DNA of 64,000 bases, from assembly GCA_036012755.1 (NCBI GenBank), contig DASCPX010000059.1, forward strand, positions 96,001 to 160,000. The letters run 5' to 3'. Origin of the DNA: Myxococcota bacterium (GTDB lineage: Bacteria; Myxococcota_A; UBA796; CAJQPC01). Both the position numbers and the translations under genes were made by a program. Under the pieces are notes generated by a model. It was not told the origin of the DNA, did no database searches, and saw only the letters and a list, made by a program, of their open reading frames with translations. Of this stretch, positions 49,429 to 58,641 are shown in pieces. Position 1 is the stretch's first letter; the number at the start of each line of letters is the position of its first letter.

Positions 49429-50735
49429 CCTTCCCCACCGTCCCAGCCGACTACCTCGCCCAGCTCGGCGAGCACCCGCTGTTCCAGGATCTCGATCCCC
49501 TCCTGCTCGCCGATCTCTCCCAGGTCGTCCTCTTGGATGCAGGCGCGCCCTACCCGGTCCCCACCGAGCGCATCGTCCTGGTCATCGCGGGACGCGTCGC
49601 CGTGTCGAACGCCGACCGCTTCGAGCGCCTCGCCGGGCCAGAGGACGTCATCGGCCTCATCCGTCCCGGGCACGACCTCACCCTCGAGGCCCTGGAGGAC
49701 TCTGCCCTCCTGCTGCTCGGTCCCATCGAGCTCGGCGGAGTGTTGGACCAGCGGAGGCGCACCCTCATCCACAACGTCACCACCCTCGCCGAGCTGGAGG
49801 TCCATCGCATCCAGCTCGAGCGGCGCGAGATCGAGGCCTCCCTGGAGGACTTCTTCGACCCGACCACCGGCGAGGCCGTGCAGGCGCCCTACGTCGCGCT
49901 GGGCGCCAAGCTCCTGATGGTCGTCGCGCGTGACACCCAGTTCAGCAAGCTCCCGCCTGGGCTTCCGGGGATACCGCTCTCCGACGGCCGCTTCCTCCTG
50001 ACCTTCTGCAAGTTCCCCCACTTCGGGCCCGAAGGGGGCATCGGAGCTTCCTACGAGGAGTGCATCGTGCTCGTCCCCTGCTGGGATCTCGGCGGAGGGG
50101 GGCCAGGTCTCTACTGTCCGGAGGTCTGGCCGGAGAGCATGATGGCGGTCATCGTCGGGAGCGAGCTCTTCGGCTTCGCCAAGCGCTACGGGCGCGTCAC
50201 GCTGAGGGACGACCACGCCCACGTCGACATCGACGGGACCCAGGCCTACGTCCACTGGACCGACGAGAAGGAGATCCCTGTCCACGAGTACCTCGGCGAG
50301 CTCGTCGGGGCGATCCTGGGAGAGGACGACCCGGAGGGCCGGCTCATGGAGCGGCTCACGAAGCTCGGCGCCCGTCTCACGGCCGGGCCGATGATCCGGA
50401 GCGGCACTGCGCTCCCGCTCTACGTTCGTCGGAGCGTCGGTCGACGGGACCTCGGCACGGTGGACTGGGACGTCGACGAGCTCGCCTGGGTGCCCTTCGA
50501 TGTGCTCGGGTACAGCCGGCTCGCGGAGCTCGGCGGCCTCGATCTCAGGGGCTGGGGTCGGTTCACCTTCGTCAAGCCGGAGCGTGCCTTCCTGGCCGAG
50601 GTCGACATGGCGATGTACGCGGCACGGCCGGTCCGGGACCTCGTAGACGGTCCCGTGGCAAAGATGCGCTCGCAGTGGATGCGGTGGGGTGTCAGAAAGG
50701 AGAGGTTGTGGGCGACATTCCGTCGATCCTCCTAG
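49425..50735 (+). CDS. cNMP-like plus ADC-like fusion, paralogue 3
   Basis: N-terminal HPLFQDL...VIAGRV...LAGPEDVIG...LEALEDS. Then APY, YEECIVLVP, GLYCPE and GSELFGFAKR. ATGA-coupled. Confidence 0.8.
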   Translation: MTFPTVPADYLAQLGEHPLFQDLDPLLLADLSQVVLLDAGAPYPVPTERIVLVIAGRVAVSNADRFERLAGPEDVIGLIRPGHDLTLEALEDSALLLLGPIELGGVLDQRRRTLIHNVTTLAELEVHRIQLERREIEASLEDFFDPTTGEAVQAPYVALGAKLLMVVARDTQFSKLPPGLPGIPLSDGRFLLTFCKFPHFGPEGGIGASYEECIVLVPCWDLGGGGPGLYCPEVWPESMMAVIVGSELFGFAKRYGRVTLRDDHAHVDIDGTQAYVHWTDEKEIPVHEYLGELVGAILGEDDPEGRLMERLTKLGARLTAGPMIRSGTALPLYVRRSVGRRDLGTVDWDVDELAWVPFDVLGYSRLAELGGLDLRGWGRFTFVKPERAFLAEVDMAMYAARPVRDLVDGPVAKMRSQWMRWGVRKERLWATFRRSS

Positions 50736-51775
50736 GGCTGAGGGGCGCCCTCCCGGCGCTGGTCGCCCTGCCCGAGGACTCGGTGCTCGATGCCGACGCC
50801 AACCTGCTCCTGCACGAACTCGGCGTCGGGGACGAGCTGGACGTGGATCCCGACCGCATCGCCCTGCTCTCGAGCGGCCAGCTCGCGCTCTACTCGGCGG
50901 ACCGCTTCGATCGCATCTGCGCGGGGCCCGACGTCTGCACGTGGTGGAGCGACGTCCAGACCCGGCTCGAGGCCCTGTCCGCCGCCGTCGTGGTGTCTTT
51001 CGATCGACAGGCCGTGGACTCCCACCGGAGCACCGTCGATTCAGAGGTCGTCGCTCGCTTCGCCGCCGCCGCGAACGCCCTCGCCGATCAGCGGCTGCTG
51101 CGGGACCGTCTACGCGAGCGCTTTCGCTACGGCGGGGACGACCCCTACCTGCGGGTGCGGGAGCCCTACACGGGTCGCATCGACAGCCGGCAGTTCTTCG
51201 TCCGCCCGAAGTCCTGGCCGTGGCGCGGCAAGCACCCGGACCGCGCCCTGTTCACGGTGGCCGAGTACGAGCAGGTGGGCAGCGCGGGGAGCGACTCAGG
51301 CGAAGGCACCGACTACCGCCAGGTGACGCTCTGGGTGCCCATGGACGACGGGCTGCGGCTGGTCATGGCCTGGGCCGACGACGCTCGCGCCGTGCGGGTC
51401 GTGCGCGAGCTCTTCGGTTTCAAGACCCGCTTCGGCCGCATCGAGCCGCTCGACGACTCCAGCCTCATGGTCGCGGTCGATGGCCAGCCGCGTCTCATCG
51501 CGAGGGGGGTCCTCGGCGCGTCCATCCCCGGGCCGGCCTGGCGTAGCGACGTCGGCCTCCCCGAGGGCACGCTGCGGCTCTACTCTGGCGAGGCGCGGAG
51601 CCGCTGGACGGGCCAGCCGCCGCAGTCGGCCTTCAGGTTGAACGAGGGGCGGGCGTGGCGGCTCCAGGACACCTCGATCGAGCTCCTCGAGACGGGCTTC
51701 GGGGCGGGCTTCGAGGTCATCAGCGCCACCGCGATCCAGGGCCGGTTCCAGATCGTCCCAGTGCAGAACAGCTGA
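50708..51775 (+). CDS. cNMP-like plus ADC-like fusion, paralogue 4 (degenerate active site)
   Basis: GTG after AAGGAGAGG. Contains LLSSGQL..ADRFDRICAGP...LEALS, EPY, YRQVTLWVP and VRELFGFKTR. Confidence 0.72.
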   Translation: MGDIPSILLGLRGALPALVALPEDSVLDADANLLLHELGVGDELDVDPDRIALLSSGQLALYSADRFDRICAGPDVCTWWSDVQTRLEALSAAVVVSFDRQAVDSHRSTVDSEVVARFAAAANALADQRLLRDRLRERFRYGGDDPYLRVREPYTGRIDSRQFFVRPKSWPWRGKHPDRALFTVAEYEQVGSAGSDSGEGTDYRQVTLWVPMDDGLRLVMAWADDARAVRVVRELFGFKTRFGRIEPLDDSSLMVAVDGQPRLIARGVLGASIPGPAWRSDVGLPEGTLRLYSGEARSRWTGQPPQSAFRLNEGRAWRLQDTSIELLETGFGAGFEVISATAIQGRFQIVPVQNS

Positions 51776-53362
51776 GTGTCCCCGGTCGGTCACAACATCG
51801 AGATGAGGCCTGGCGACGCCATCGGCTTCTTCCGTCCGGACCACGGGCCCATCGACCTCGTCGCGATCGAGCCGAGCCGCGTCTTCGCATTCGACTACGA
51901 GGACCTGCTGCGGGAGCAGCCCGAGCAGGCTGCACGGATGCGAGCGCTCTTCTTTGACGAAGCCGTGGAGCTCCGTCGCCGTCGCCGTCGCCTGGAGCTC
52001 GGCCTTGCGAGCTACCTGGTGAGGCCTGGAGCCCGGATCATGCCGGGGCCCTATCACTCCCGCGACGTGCGCATGGACCTCTTCCTGGTGGACCTCGTGG
52101 AGCCCGTCGACTGTCCCGAGTACATGGTCCGGGTCTTCGAGCGCAGGGCGCTCATGGTCGCCGCCAGCTTCCCCAGCTTCGGCACCTCTGATCTCGTCGT
52201 GGATCCCTTCGTCTACGCGGAGATCGCCCTGTTCGTGCCGATGCTGCACCCCGCTCGGGGCCCGGTGTTGTACTGCCCGGAGCTCCGCCCGGACAACCTG
52301 ATGGCGCTCGTCACCGGGCGCGAGATGCACGGCTTCCCCAAGCGCTTCGCCCAGGCGGTCCTGGCCGAGGATGATGGCCTGACCCTCTGCAGCCACCCGC
52401 GGCGCGGGCGCGTGCTCGCATGCATCGAGCGCTGGCTGGATGTCCCCGGGCACCTCGTGCTGGCTCGGGAGCGCCTCTGCCAGCCGGCCCGCTGGGGCCA
52501 CTTCCGGGACGGGTCGTGGACCCAGAGGCCCCACCCCGAGTTGTTTCCGGATTGCCGCGAGCTCCTGCTGCTGCTCGATGGTCGGCTGGAGTTGGTGCTC
52601 GCCAGCCGAGGAAAGGGCCTCGGTGGATCCATCGATGGTGCCTTCGGCCTTCCGATCCGTGATGGCGCAGTCACCGTCGCCTCCTGGTGGCAGGTCCACG
52701 GCTTCCGCTCGGGTCCGCCCATCCGGCGCGTCGTCTTCAACCGACTGGCTTTCTCCTCCGGCGAGGCCACTTGGCTGAGGAACACGAGGCTCGACGCGCT
52801 GTCCGGGTACTGGACTGAGCAGAAGGCGCTGGCTGCTGTGCGCATCGAGGGAAGGTGCAAGTGGATCCCCCAGCAGGATCCAGAACGTCCTCCCGACCGC
52901 CACCGCTTGAGGCATCCTTGGCGTCCTTGGAGGCACCGATGTTCCTTCTGCTGGCCTGTACGCAGCCCACCGAGCGTGCGCCCTCCGATCCCCCGACGCT
53001 CGCGGCCATCGAGGGCGAGGACAACGGGATCACGACCCTGGCGGCGCAGGCGGTGGATCAGAGCCCCGACTGGCTCGCCGACGATCTGCAGCTCCAGTTC
53101 GAGCAGCTCGACTCGACCGTCCAGGACGACCTCGCCGTGCTGCTCGTCGACCTCGACGATCCCTACCTCTACGACGAGGTGGCCTTCGCCATCGCGCACT
53201 CCTCGCCAGAGGATCTCACCAGCGGCGGCTTCGTCCCGGGTCTGCTCGTCGAGAACGCCCAGTGGATCTACGACATCGAGCCGCTGTTGGACTACGTCAC
53301 CCTCGTCGAGTACGGCGAGCCGGGCGACCCGGACCACTACACGACCACGAGCTACGTCGTGA
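51776..53362 (+). CDS. Partial cNMP-like plus ADC-like fusion, paralogue 5 (true coding region probably ends near 52900)
   Basis: Contains RPGDAIG...VAIEPS, GPY, YAEIALFVP, LYCPE and TGREMHGFPKR. The ORF overlaps the next gene by 424 nt. Confidence 0.72.
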   Translation: MSPVGHNIEMRPGDAIGFFRPDHGPIDLVAIEPSRVFAFDYEDLLREQPEQAARMRALFFDEAVELRRRRRRLELGLASYLVRPGARIMPGPYHSRDVRMDLFLVDLVEPVDCPEYMVRVFERRALMVAASFPSFGTSDLVVDPFVYAEIALFVPMLHPARGPVLYCPELRPDNLMALVTGREMHGFPKRFAQAVLAEDDGLTLCSHPRRGRVLACIERWLDVPGHLVLARERLCQPARWGHFRDGSWTQRPHPELFPDCRELLLLLDGRLELVLASRGKGLGGSIDGAFGLPIRDGAVTVASWWQVHGFRSGPPIRRVVFNRLAFSSGEATWLRNTRLDALSGYWTEQKALAAVRIEGRCKWIPQQDPERPPDRHRLRHPWRPWRHRCSFCWPVRSPPSVRPPIPRRSRPSRARTTGSRPWRRRRWIRAPTGSPTICSSSSSSSTRPSRTTSPCCSSTSTIPTSTTRWPSPSRTPRQRISPAAASSRVCSSRTPSGSTTSSRCWTTSPSSSTASRATRTTTRPRATS

Positions 53363-54756
53363 GCGACGCCGACGGGGAGCTCTTCGAGGTCGAGATCGAT
53401 CCGGAGGTCTACTACTGGTTCGTCGTCCACCCCAGCATCGAGGACGAGAGCCCCTGGTACGTCGAGGCCTGGGACGAGTGCAAGCGCAGCTCCCTGGAGT
53501 GTCCCTCGAGCCCCGAGGAGGGCGGCACCTTCTGGCGTCACTTCCTCTGGGAGGGGGCCCGGGACACCTGTCCCGAGGACGACCAGTGCCCGGTGCTCGA
53601 TGAGATCCTGCCTGGTCTGGAGGTGGCTTGGACCAGCGGCTCCTACGCAGACGAGGCCGGCGCCATCAGCCAGATCGCCCGCTTCATGCTCTACAACGAC
53701 GAGGACTTCGGTCGCTGGTTGACCTTCGGCGCATACGACGAGCGCAGCATCCAGCCCAACCGGATCTACGGCCTGGGTCGCGGGAACTGCGGCGAGTGGG
53801 CCGACATGACGACCGCGCTCACGCGCACTGCGCTCATTCCCAACTACAACGTCGCCCCCGCGTCCTGGGACCACACCTGGAACGAGTTCTACGACGCCTA
53901 CGAGGACCGCTGGGTCGCATGGGAGCCCGTCAACTTCTGGCTCGACCACGCCTACGGGGCTCCCTACAGCAACTACGCCACCCGCGGTGACTCACAGGTC
54001 TTCAACGTCACGACCCAGTACATCGAGGACACCTTCACGATGCAGTACGTCGTGACCGACGCCGACGGGCTGCCTGTCGACGGGGCCTCTGTGGCGCTCA
54101 TCACCCCCTGGGACGATGGCTGGGGCTACGCCGGCGAGACCTCCACCGACATCCACGGTGTCGCGACCTTCGAGGTTCGAGCCGAGTCCGACTACGCCTT
54201 CCGTGTCGATCACCCGACCCTGGGTGGCTACCCCGACGAGAGCTTCACCTACGGCTCCCAGGGCATCGCGATCGGCGAGACGGACATCACCGAGGTGAGC
54301 CTGCCCGGCTCCCGCGAGCCCTTGCCGGTGCGCACCCTGGAGCCCCTGGACGTCGCCGCCCCGAGCGCCGCGTTGTCCATCTCGGGCACGGTCGACTCCT
54401 CCCGGGTGTACACCACCTCCTGGCGCTTCGGGGAGCAGTTCTCCGTCGAGGACGAGCCCATCGAGGTGAGCTGGTTCCTGACCGACGACCTCGGCTACGA
54501 GGCCTTCCGGGCCGGCGCGGACCACGTCGTCTTCGCCGAGGGCAGCCTGGGCGAGGAGGCGAGCCTGGAGCTGGCCTTCGCCAAGAGCTGGAGGCTGGTC
54601 TTCGTGAACGAGTCGGTCGTCTCCACCGCAGCGGTGGGTGAGATCGAGCTCGGGGTCTCGCCGACGGAGGATGCCCGCTGGGAGGGCTCGCTCGAGCACG
54701 GTGAGCTCCTGCGGTTGTTGCCTGGCGAGCACGTCGCCGTGGCGCTGGACAAGTGA
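52939..54756 (+). CDS. Transglutaminase-like (PNGase-type Cys-His) lipoprotein
   Basis: GGAGG SD and MFLLLAC. Contains GRGNCGEWA and DHTWNEFY...W..WEP, then a carboxypeptidase-regulatory-like beta domain. Confidence 0.85.
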   Translation: MFLLLACTQPTERAPSDPPTLAAIEGEDNGITTLAAQAVDQSPDWLADDLQLQFEQLDSTVQDDLAVLLVDLDDPYLYDEVAFAIAHSSPEDLTSGGFVPGLLVENAQWIYDIEPLLDYVTLVEYGEPGDPDHYTTTSYVVSDADGELFEVEIDPEVYYWFVVHPSIEDESPWYVEAWDECKRSSLECPSSPEEGGTFWRHFLWEGARDTCPEDDQCPVLDEILPGLEVAWTSGSYADEAGAISQIARFMLYNDEDFGRWLTFGAYDERSIQPNRIYGLGRGNCGEWADMTTALTRTALIPNYNVAPASWDHTWNEFYDAYEDRWVAWEPVNFWLDHAYGAPYSNYATRGDSQVFNVTTQYIEDTFTMQYVVTDADGLPVDGASVALITPWDDGWGYAGETSTDIHGVATFEVRAESDYAFRVDHPTLGGYPDESFTYGSQGIAIGETDITEVSLPGSREPLPVRTLEPLDVAAPSAALSISGTVDSSRVYTTSWRFGEQFSVEDEPIEVSWFLTDDLGYEAFRAGADHVVFAEGSLGEEASLELAFAKSWRLVFVNESVVSTAAVGEIELGVSPTEDARWEGSLEHGELLRLLPGEHVAVALDK

Positions 54757-55364
54757 TCCTGGTCCTGGTCGCTTGTGTCGAGACCGTCGAGGACCTCGAC
54801 AGCGCGGTCACCGACAGCGAGCCCGACAGCGACACGGACGCCGATGCCGACGCCGATGCCGACGCGGATGGCGACAGCGACAGCGACACGGACTCGCCCT
54901 ATGCCGGAGTGCTCCTGGAGCCGCCCCTGGCGCCCCCGGAGTTCTCTGTGGAGAACCAGGACCGGGAGTCGCGAGATGCCGACTGGCTCGCTGGCCACGG
55001 CACGGTCCTGTGGTTCTTCCGGAACGCTGGCTCCTCGTGAACGAACGACGGTTGCGGGTACCGCGACCTCCAGAGTGACTTCGACGCCCTGGGCGTGAGC
55101 ATCGTCGCGGTCGGCTTCGCGGAGCCCGACGCCACCCGGGCCTGGGCGGACCAGCTCGGCTACGACTACGAGATCTGGACCGACGCCGACCACGTCATCG
55201 CGGAGCACTACGACGTGCTCGTCGACTGGGAGGAGGTCCCGATGCGTCACGCCTTCATCCTGGGCGAGGACGCTCATGCGGTGATCTGGCACGAGGGCGC
55301 GGTGTCCACTGGCGCCGATCCCGAGGCCGTGCTCTCCGACTGCGAGCAGCTCTTCGGCCAGTGA
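54753..55364 (+). CDS. Selenocysteine-containing peroxiredoxin (BCP/PrxQ)-like lipoprotein (Sec at TGA 55038-55040)
   Basis: ORFs 54753-55040 and 55095-55364 are in frame. Read-through gives APPEFSVENQD...VLWFFRNAGSS-U-TNDGCGYRD, comparable to BCP FYP.A.TPGCT.EAC.FRD. A SECIS-like hairpin follows. Confidence 0.85.
55041..55068 (+). promoter_or_regulatory. Bacterial SECIS-like element
   Basis: Stem GGTTGCG (55050-56), loop GGTAC, stem CGCGACC (55062-68), starting 9 nt after the TGA. Confidence 0.7.
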
Positions 55365-55414
55365 GCCGCGGCCCTGGGCCGCCCCCTGACTCGCTGGAGG
55401 CTATAGATGAGGTC

Positions 55415-57364
55415 GTGCTCCTCGCCCTCCTCGCCTGTCGTCCGGCCTCGCAGGCCGAGCGCAGCGTCATCGTCATCGTCGTCGACGGTGTGCGCGTCGA
55501 GGAGTCGCTCTCCGAAGAGGTGAGCGAGCTCTCGGGGTTGGCCGGCCGGGACCACTGGCCGGGCATCTGGAGCGAGCTCGCGCCGCATGGGACCGTGCTC
55601 ACGAACGTGCGAAACCAGGGCACGACGATCACCGCGCCCGCTCACGCGACCATGTTCACCGGAGCCAGGATCCCCCTCGGGAACATGGCCGTCGACGAGG
55701 GGGTCGGGCTCTATCGCCCTGAGAGGCCGACCATCGTCGAGGAGGCGCGCCGACAGCTGGACCTCGACGCGGACGAGGTGATGGTGATGGCGAACCAGTC
55801 ACTGATCTCGCCGATGACGTGGTCGATGATGCCCGGCTACGGCGAGGAGCTCGGCGCTACCTGGTTCCACGTCGTGTCCTCGCCTGGCAGCGAGCGTCCG
55901 GCGCCAGAGGACAGCCAGGTCTTCAGCACCCTCGAGCGGCAGCTGGAGGCGGGCGAGCCTCGGTTGGTGGTGGCGAACCTCAAGGCGGTCGACCGAGTCG
56001 GACACTACGGCGATGGGGTCGAGGACTACCTCGAGGCGGTCGAGAAGGTCGACGGACCGCTCGTGTCCCTCTGGGCGCACATCCAGGACGACCCCTCCTA
56101 CGCAGGCAACACCGTGCTGATCGTGACCTCTGATCACGGCCGGCATCGCCTCGGCGATCCCGGCGGAGACGACTACTGGCGCAACCACGGGACCGCGGTC
56201 GAGGGGGACCGGCAGATCCCGGTGATCCTGCTGGGAGCTGGCGTCGAAGCCGGCATCGAGGACGACACGCCCTACGCGCTGTCGGACCTCGCCCCCACCG
56301 TCGCCGCGTTGTTGGAGATCGATCTGCCCTGGGCGGAGGGCCTGCCGATGAACGTCGCGCTGGTCGAGGATGTCGAGGGGCGCAGCGGCGTGGCCCAGGT
56401 CGCGGCGGCTGGCGACGAGCTCGTGCTGGTGGAGTACGCCTCTGACCCCGGCGCTCGCAGCGCCGTGACCTGGAACGGAGAGCTGGTGTCCTCTGACGAG
56501 GCATGGGCCGCAGAGGCCCCAGCCGTCGTCGCGGACGAGGAGGTCGCGTACGCCTGCTGGCGGGAGCTGATCCAGGACGAGGAGGCCTCGCCCTGGGTGC
56601 CGCGCTGCGCCATGCGCGGGCCGAGCGGTCTCACGGACCTGGAGCCCCCCGTCGACGAGGTCAACGCCCACTGGCGACCTGACATGCGGCTCTCCGACGG
56701 CGGCCTGGCGCTGAGCTTCGTCGACAACCCGGACGACATCGCCCAGCCTGGCATCGACGGCGAGGTCGGCCCGGTCTGGTTCAGGCTGGTCGCCGGCGCT
56801 TGGGAGTCTGGCCGGGATCCTGACCCCGCGCTGCGCTACCCCACCGACGCGGTCACTGTCGAGGTGTCGGAGGGGCAGCTCACCGCGTTTATCGCCAGCA
56901 CCTACAGCAATGACTCCCGGGGGGACCGTCGCGTCTACGTGCAGCGGTCGAGCTGGGCGGAGGAGGGCTTCGCCGTCGAGGCGCCCGAGGCTGTGGATCT
57001 GTCCGCTGTCGCGCCGACGGAGGGCGACTGGCGGGTCGAGCGCCCCGCGCTCCGCGTCGATGGGGAAACGGTCGAGCTGCTCGTCGTCGGGGTCACGGGC
57101 GACGACCGCGTCGTCCTCCGGGTCCAGAGTCCGGACGGGGGCGTCAGCTGGAACGCCGCCAACATCGTGGTGAGCGACGCCTCGCTGCCACTCCACCTCG
57201 GCCCGCTCTGGGCTGGGGTGGAGCCCGCCTGGGTGAGCGCCGCGGGGCTCTGCACTCGCCTCGGCTGCGAGGACCCCGGGGGACCGGTGAAGGACTGGGC
57301 CTGGGATGGCTCGGAGCTGGTCGCGGTCGTCGGGGATGACGAGGGCGGCTGGGCCCTTCGATAG
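55415..57364 (+). CDS. Alkaline phosphatase/sulfatase superfamily lipoprotein with a C-terminal beta-propeller-like region
   Basis: Motifs VVDGVR, TITAPAHATMFTG, DRVGH, TSDHG and DLAPT. Start is GTG 55415 (MLLALLAC) or the coupled GTG 55361. Confidence 0.82.
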   Translation: MLLALLACRPASQAERSVIVIVVDGVRVEESLSEEVSELSGLAGRDHWPGIWSELAPHGTVLTNVRNQGTTITAPAHATMFTGARIPLGNMAVDEGVGLYRPERPTIVEEARRQLDLDADEVMVMANQSLISPMTWSMMPGYGEELGATWFHVVSSPGSERPAPEDSQVFSTLERQLEAGEPRLVVANLKAVDRVGHYGDGVEDYLEAVEKVDGPLVSLWAHIQDDPSYAGNTVLIVTSDHGRHRLGDPGGDDYWRNHGTAVEGDRQIPVILLGAGVEAGIEDDTPYALSDLAPTVAALLEIDLPWAEGLPMNVALVEDVEGRSGVAQVAAAGDELVLVEYASDPGARSAVTWNGELVSSDEAWAAEAPAVVADEEVAYACWRELIQDEEASPWVPRCAMRGPSGLTDLEPPVDEVNAHWRPDMRLSDGGLALSFVDNPDDIAQPGIDGEVGPVWFRLVAGAWESGRDPDPALRYPTDAVTVEVSEGQLTAFIASTYSNDSRGDRRVYVQRSSWAEEGFAVEAPEAVDLSAVAPTEGDWRVERPALRVDGETVELLVVGVTGDDRVVLRVQSPDGGVSWNAANIVVSDASLPLHLGPLWAGVEPAWVSAAGLCTRLGCEDPGGPVKDWAWDGSELVAVVGDDEGGWALR

Positions 57365-57531
57365 GCCTGCTTCAGGGCGGTCTCCAGCACGGGGCCGCGC
57401 CCGTGAGGTTCGTCCCAGTCCAGCTCCGGTCGTGCCAGGTGCCGTCGATGAGGAGTCCCATGTCTCCCAGCAGCCGGAGACCGGTGGTGGCGTTCCGGAA
57501 CGTTGCGTCCTATCAGGCATCCTCTTGCCCT

Positions 57532-58632
57532 ATGCGTACTCTCGGCCAGCGCCTTGCAGTGTGGGGAGCCCGGCTTGTGGCCTGGTTGCTCGGAGTAGTG
57601 CTCTTCCGCTGGCGGGCGAAGGGCGCCGAGCACGTCGAGCGCGAGGGCCCGCTGCTCTTGCTGTGCAACCACACGAGCTTCTTCGACCCCGTGTGGGCGG
57701 GCTACTTCGTAGGCGGGGACGTAGCCTTCATGGCCTCGACAAACCTCTTCCGGAACAGGTTCGTCGGCGCCTTCGTCTCGGCGCTCGGTGCCTTCCCGAA
57801 GGTCCGCTACATGAAGGACCGGGACTCGATGGCCGAGCTGGCTCGACGCTACGAAGCTGGCGAGGTCATCTGCATCTTCCCAGAGGGCAAGCGGACCTGG
57901 GACGGGCGCAACGAGCCGGTCCTGCCAGGGATCGGGCGACTCGTGAAGCGCCTGGGTGCCGAGGTGGTGTTCTGCCGGTTGACCACCGCCCATCTCTTCC
58001 ATCCGCGCTGGGCCCGCTTCCCGCGCTGGGTGCCGGTCGAGATCGAGTACTCGCCGCTGCGGGCCTTCCAGGACCGGACGCCGGAAGAGATCACCGCAGC
58101 CGTCGACGAGGGCATCCGCATCGACGTGCGAGCTCGGCCAGCGGGCTTCGCCTGGGGCTTCCGCATGGCCGAGGGGCTGCCGACGTGGCTCTGGGCCTGC
58201 CCCTCCTGCTTCACCCTGGAGTCCCTCCTGCCTCGGGGCAACCGCGTCTGTTGCGGGAGCTGCTCGGCGTCCTGGCGGCTGACGGTCTACGGCGAGCTGC
58301 TGCCGGGCCTCGACGTGCCCCTGGCGCACCAGGCCATCGCCGATCACTTCGGAGCCCTCCCGGACCCCTCCCTGCTCTCAGGCGAGGGACGCCTCGTGGA
58401 CCTTGCCGATGACAGCGTGGTGGCCGAGGGAGTCGTGGGCTTCGACGAGGCGGGGTTGGACGTCGGAGAGGACCGCTTTTTGTGGTCCGATGTGCTCGTG
58501 CTGGTCGTCGAGGTCGCCGATCAGCTCCACGTGCGCACCGACGGGCGACTCATGCGGCTGGAGATCCCAGGGCAGTCGCCCATGAAGTGGATCCACTTCA
58601 TGCGCCCCCACTGGCAGGCGGCGCGGAGTTAG
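57532..58632 (+). CDS. Lysophospholipid acyltransferase (PlsC family) with a CxxC...CxxC extension
   Basis: Motifs NHTSFFD, FPEGKRTWDG and CPSC...CGSC. Confidence 0.9.
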   Translation: MRTLGQRLAVWGARLVAWLLGVVLFRWRAKGAEHVEREGPLLLLCNHTSFFDPVWAGYFVGGDVAFMASTNLFRNRFVGAFVSALGAFPKVRYMKDRDSMAELARRYEAGEVICIFPEGKRTWDGRNEPVLPGIGRLVKRLGAEVVFCRLTTAHLFHPRWARFPRWVPVEIEYSPLRAFQDRTPEEITAAVDEGIRIDVRARPAGFAWGFRMAEGLPTWLWACPSCFTLESLLPRGNRVCCGSCSASWRLTVYGELLPGLDVPLAHQAIADHFGALPDPSLLSGEGRLVDLADDSVVAEGVVGFDEAGLDVGEDRFLWSDVLVLVVEVADQLHVRTDGRLMRLEIPGQSPMKWIHFMRPHWQAARS

Positions 58633-58641
58633 ACACCCCTG

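Noticed and set aside
51773..51810. Sec read-through between ADC-like paralogues 4 and 5
   Set aside because: There is no SECIS-like hairpin at the spacing seen for the other two sites and no conserved Cys context. It is kept only as an unexplained junction.
52388..52560. Possible mini-intein or insertion in ADC-like paralogue 5 (starts with Cys)
   Set aside because: There is no terminal His-Asn followed by Cys/Ser/Thr, and the segment can be aligned with sibling beta-strands without an insertion.
54825..54890. GACGCCGAT-type repeats as a mobile or regulatory repeat
   Set aside because: They encode the Asp-rich tether of the lipoprotein, like the other tethers in the window.
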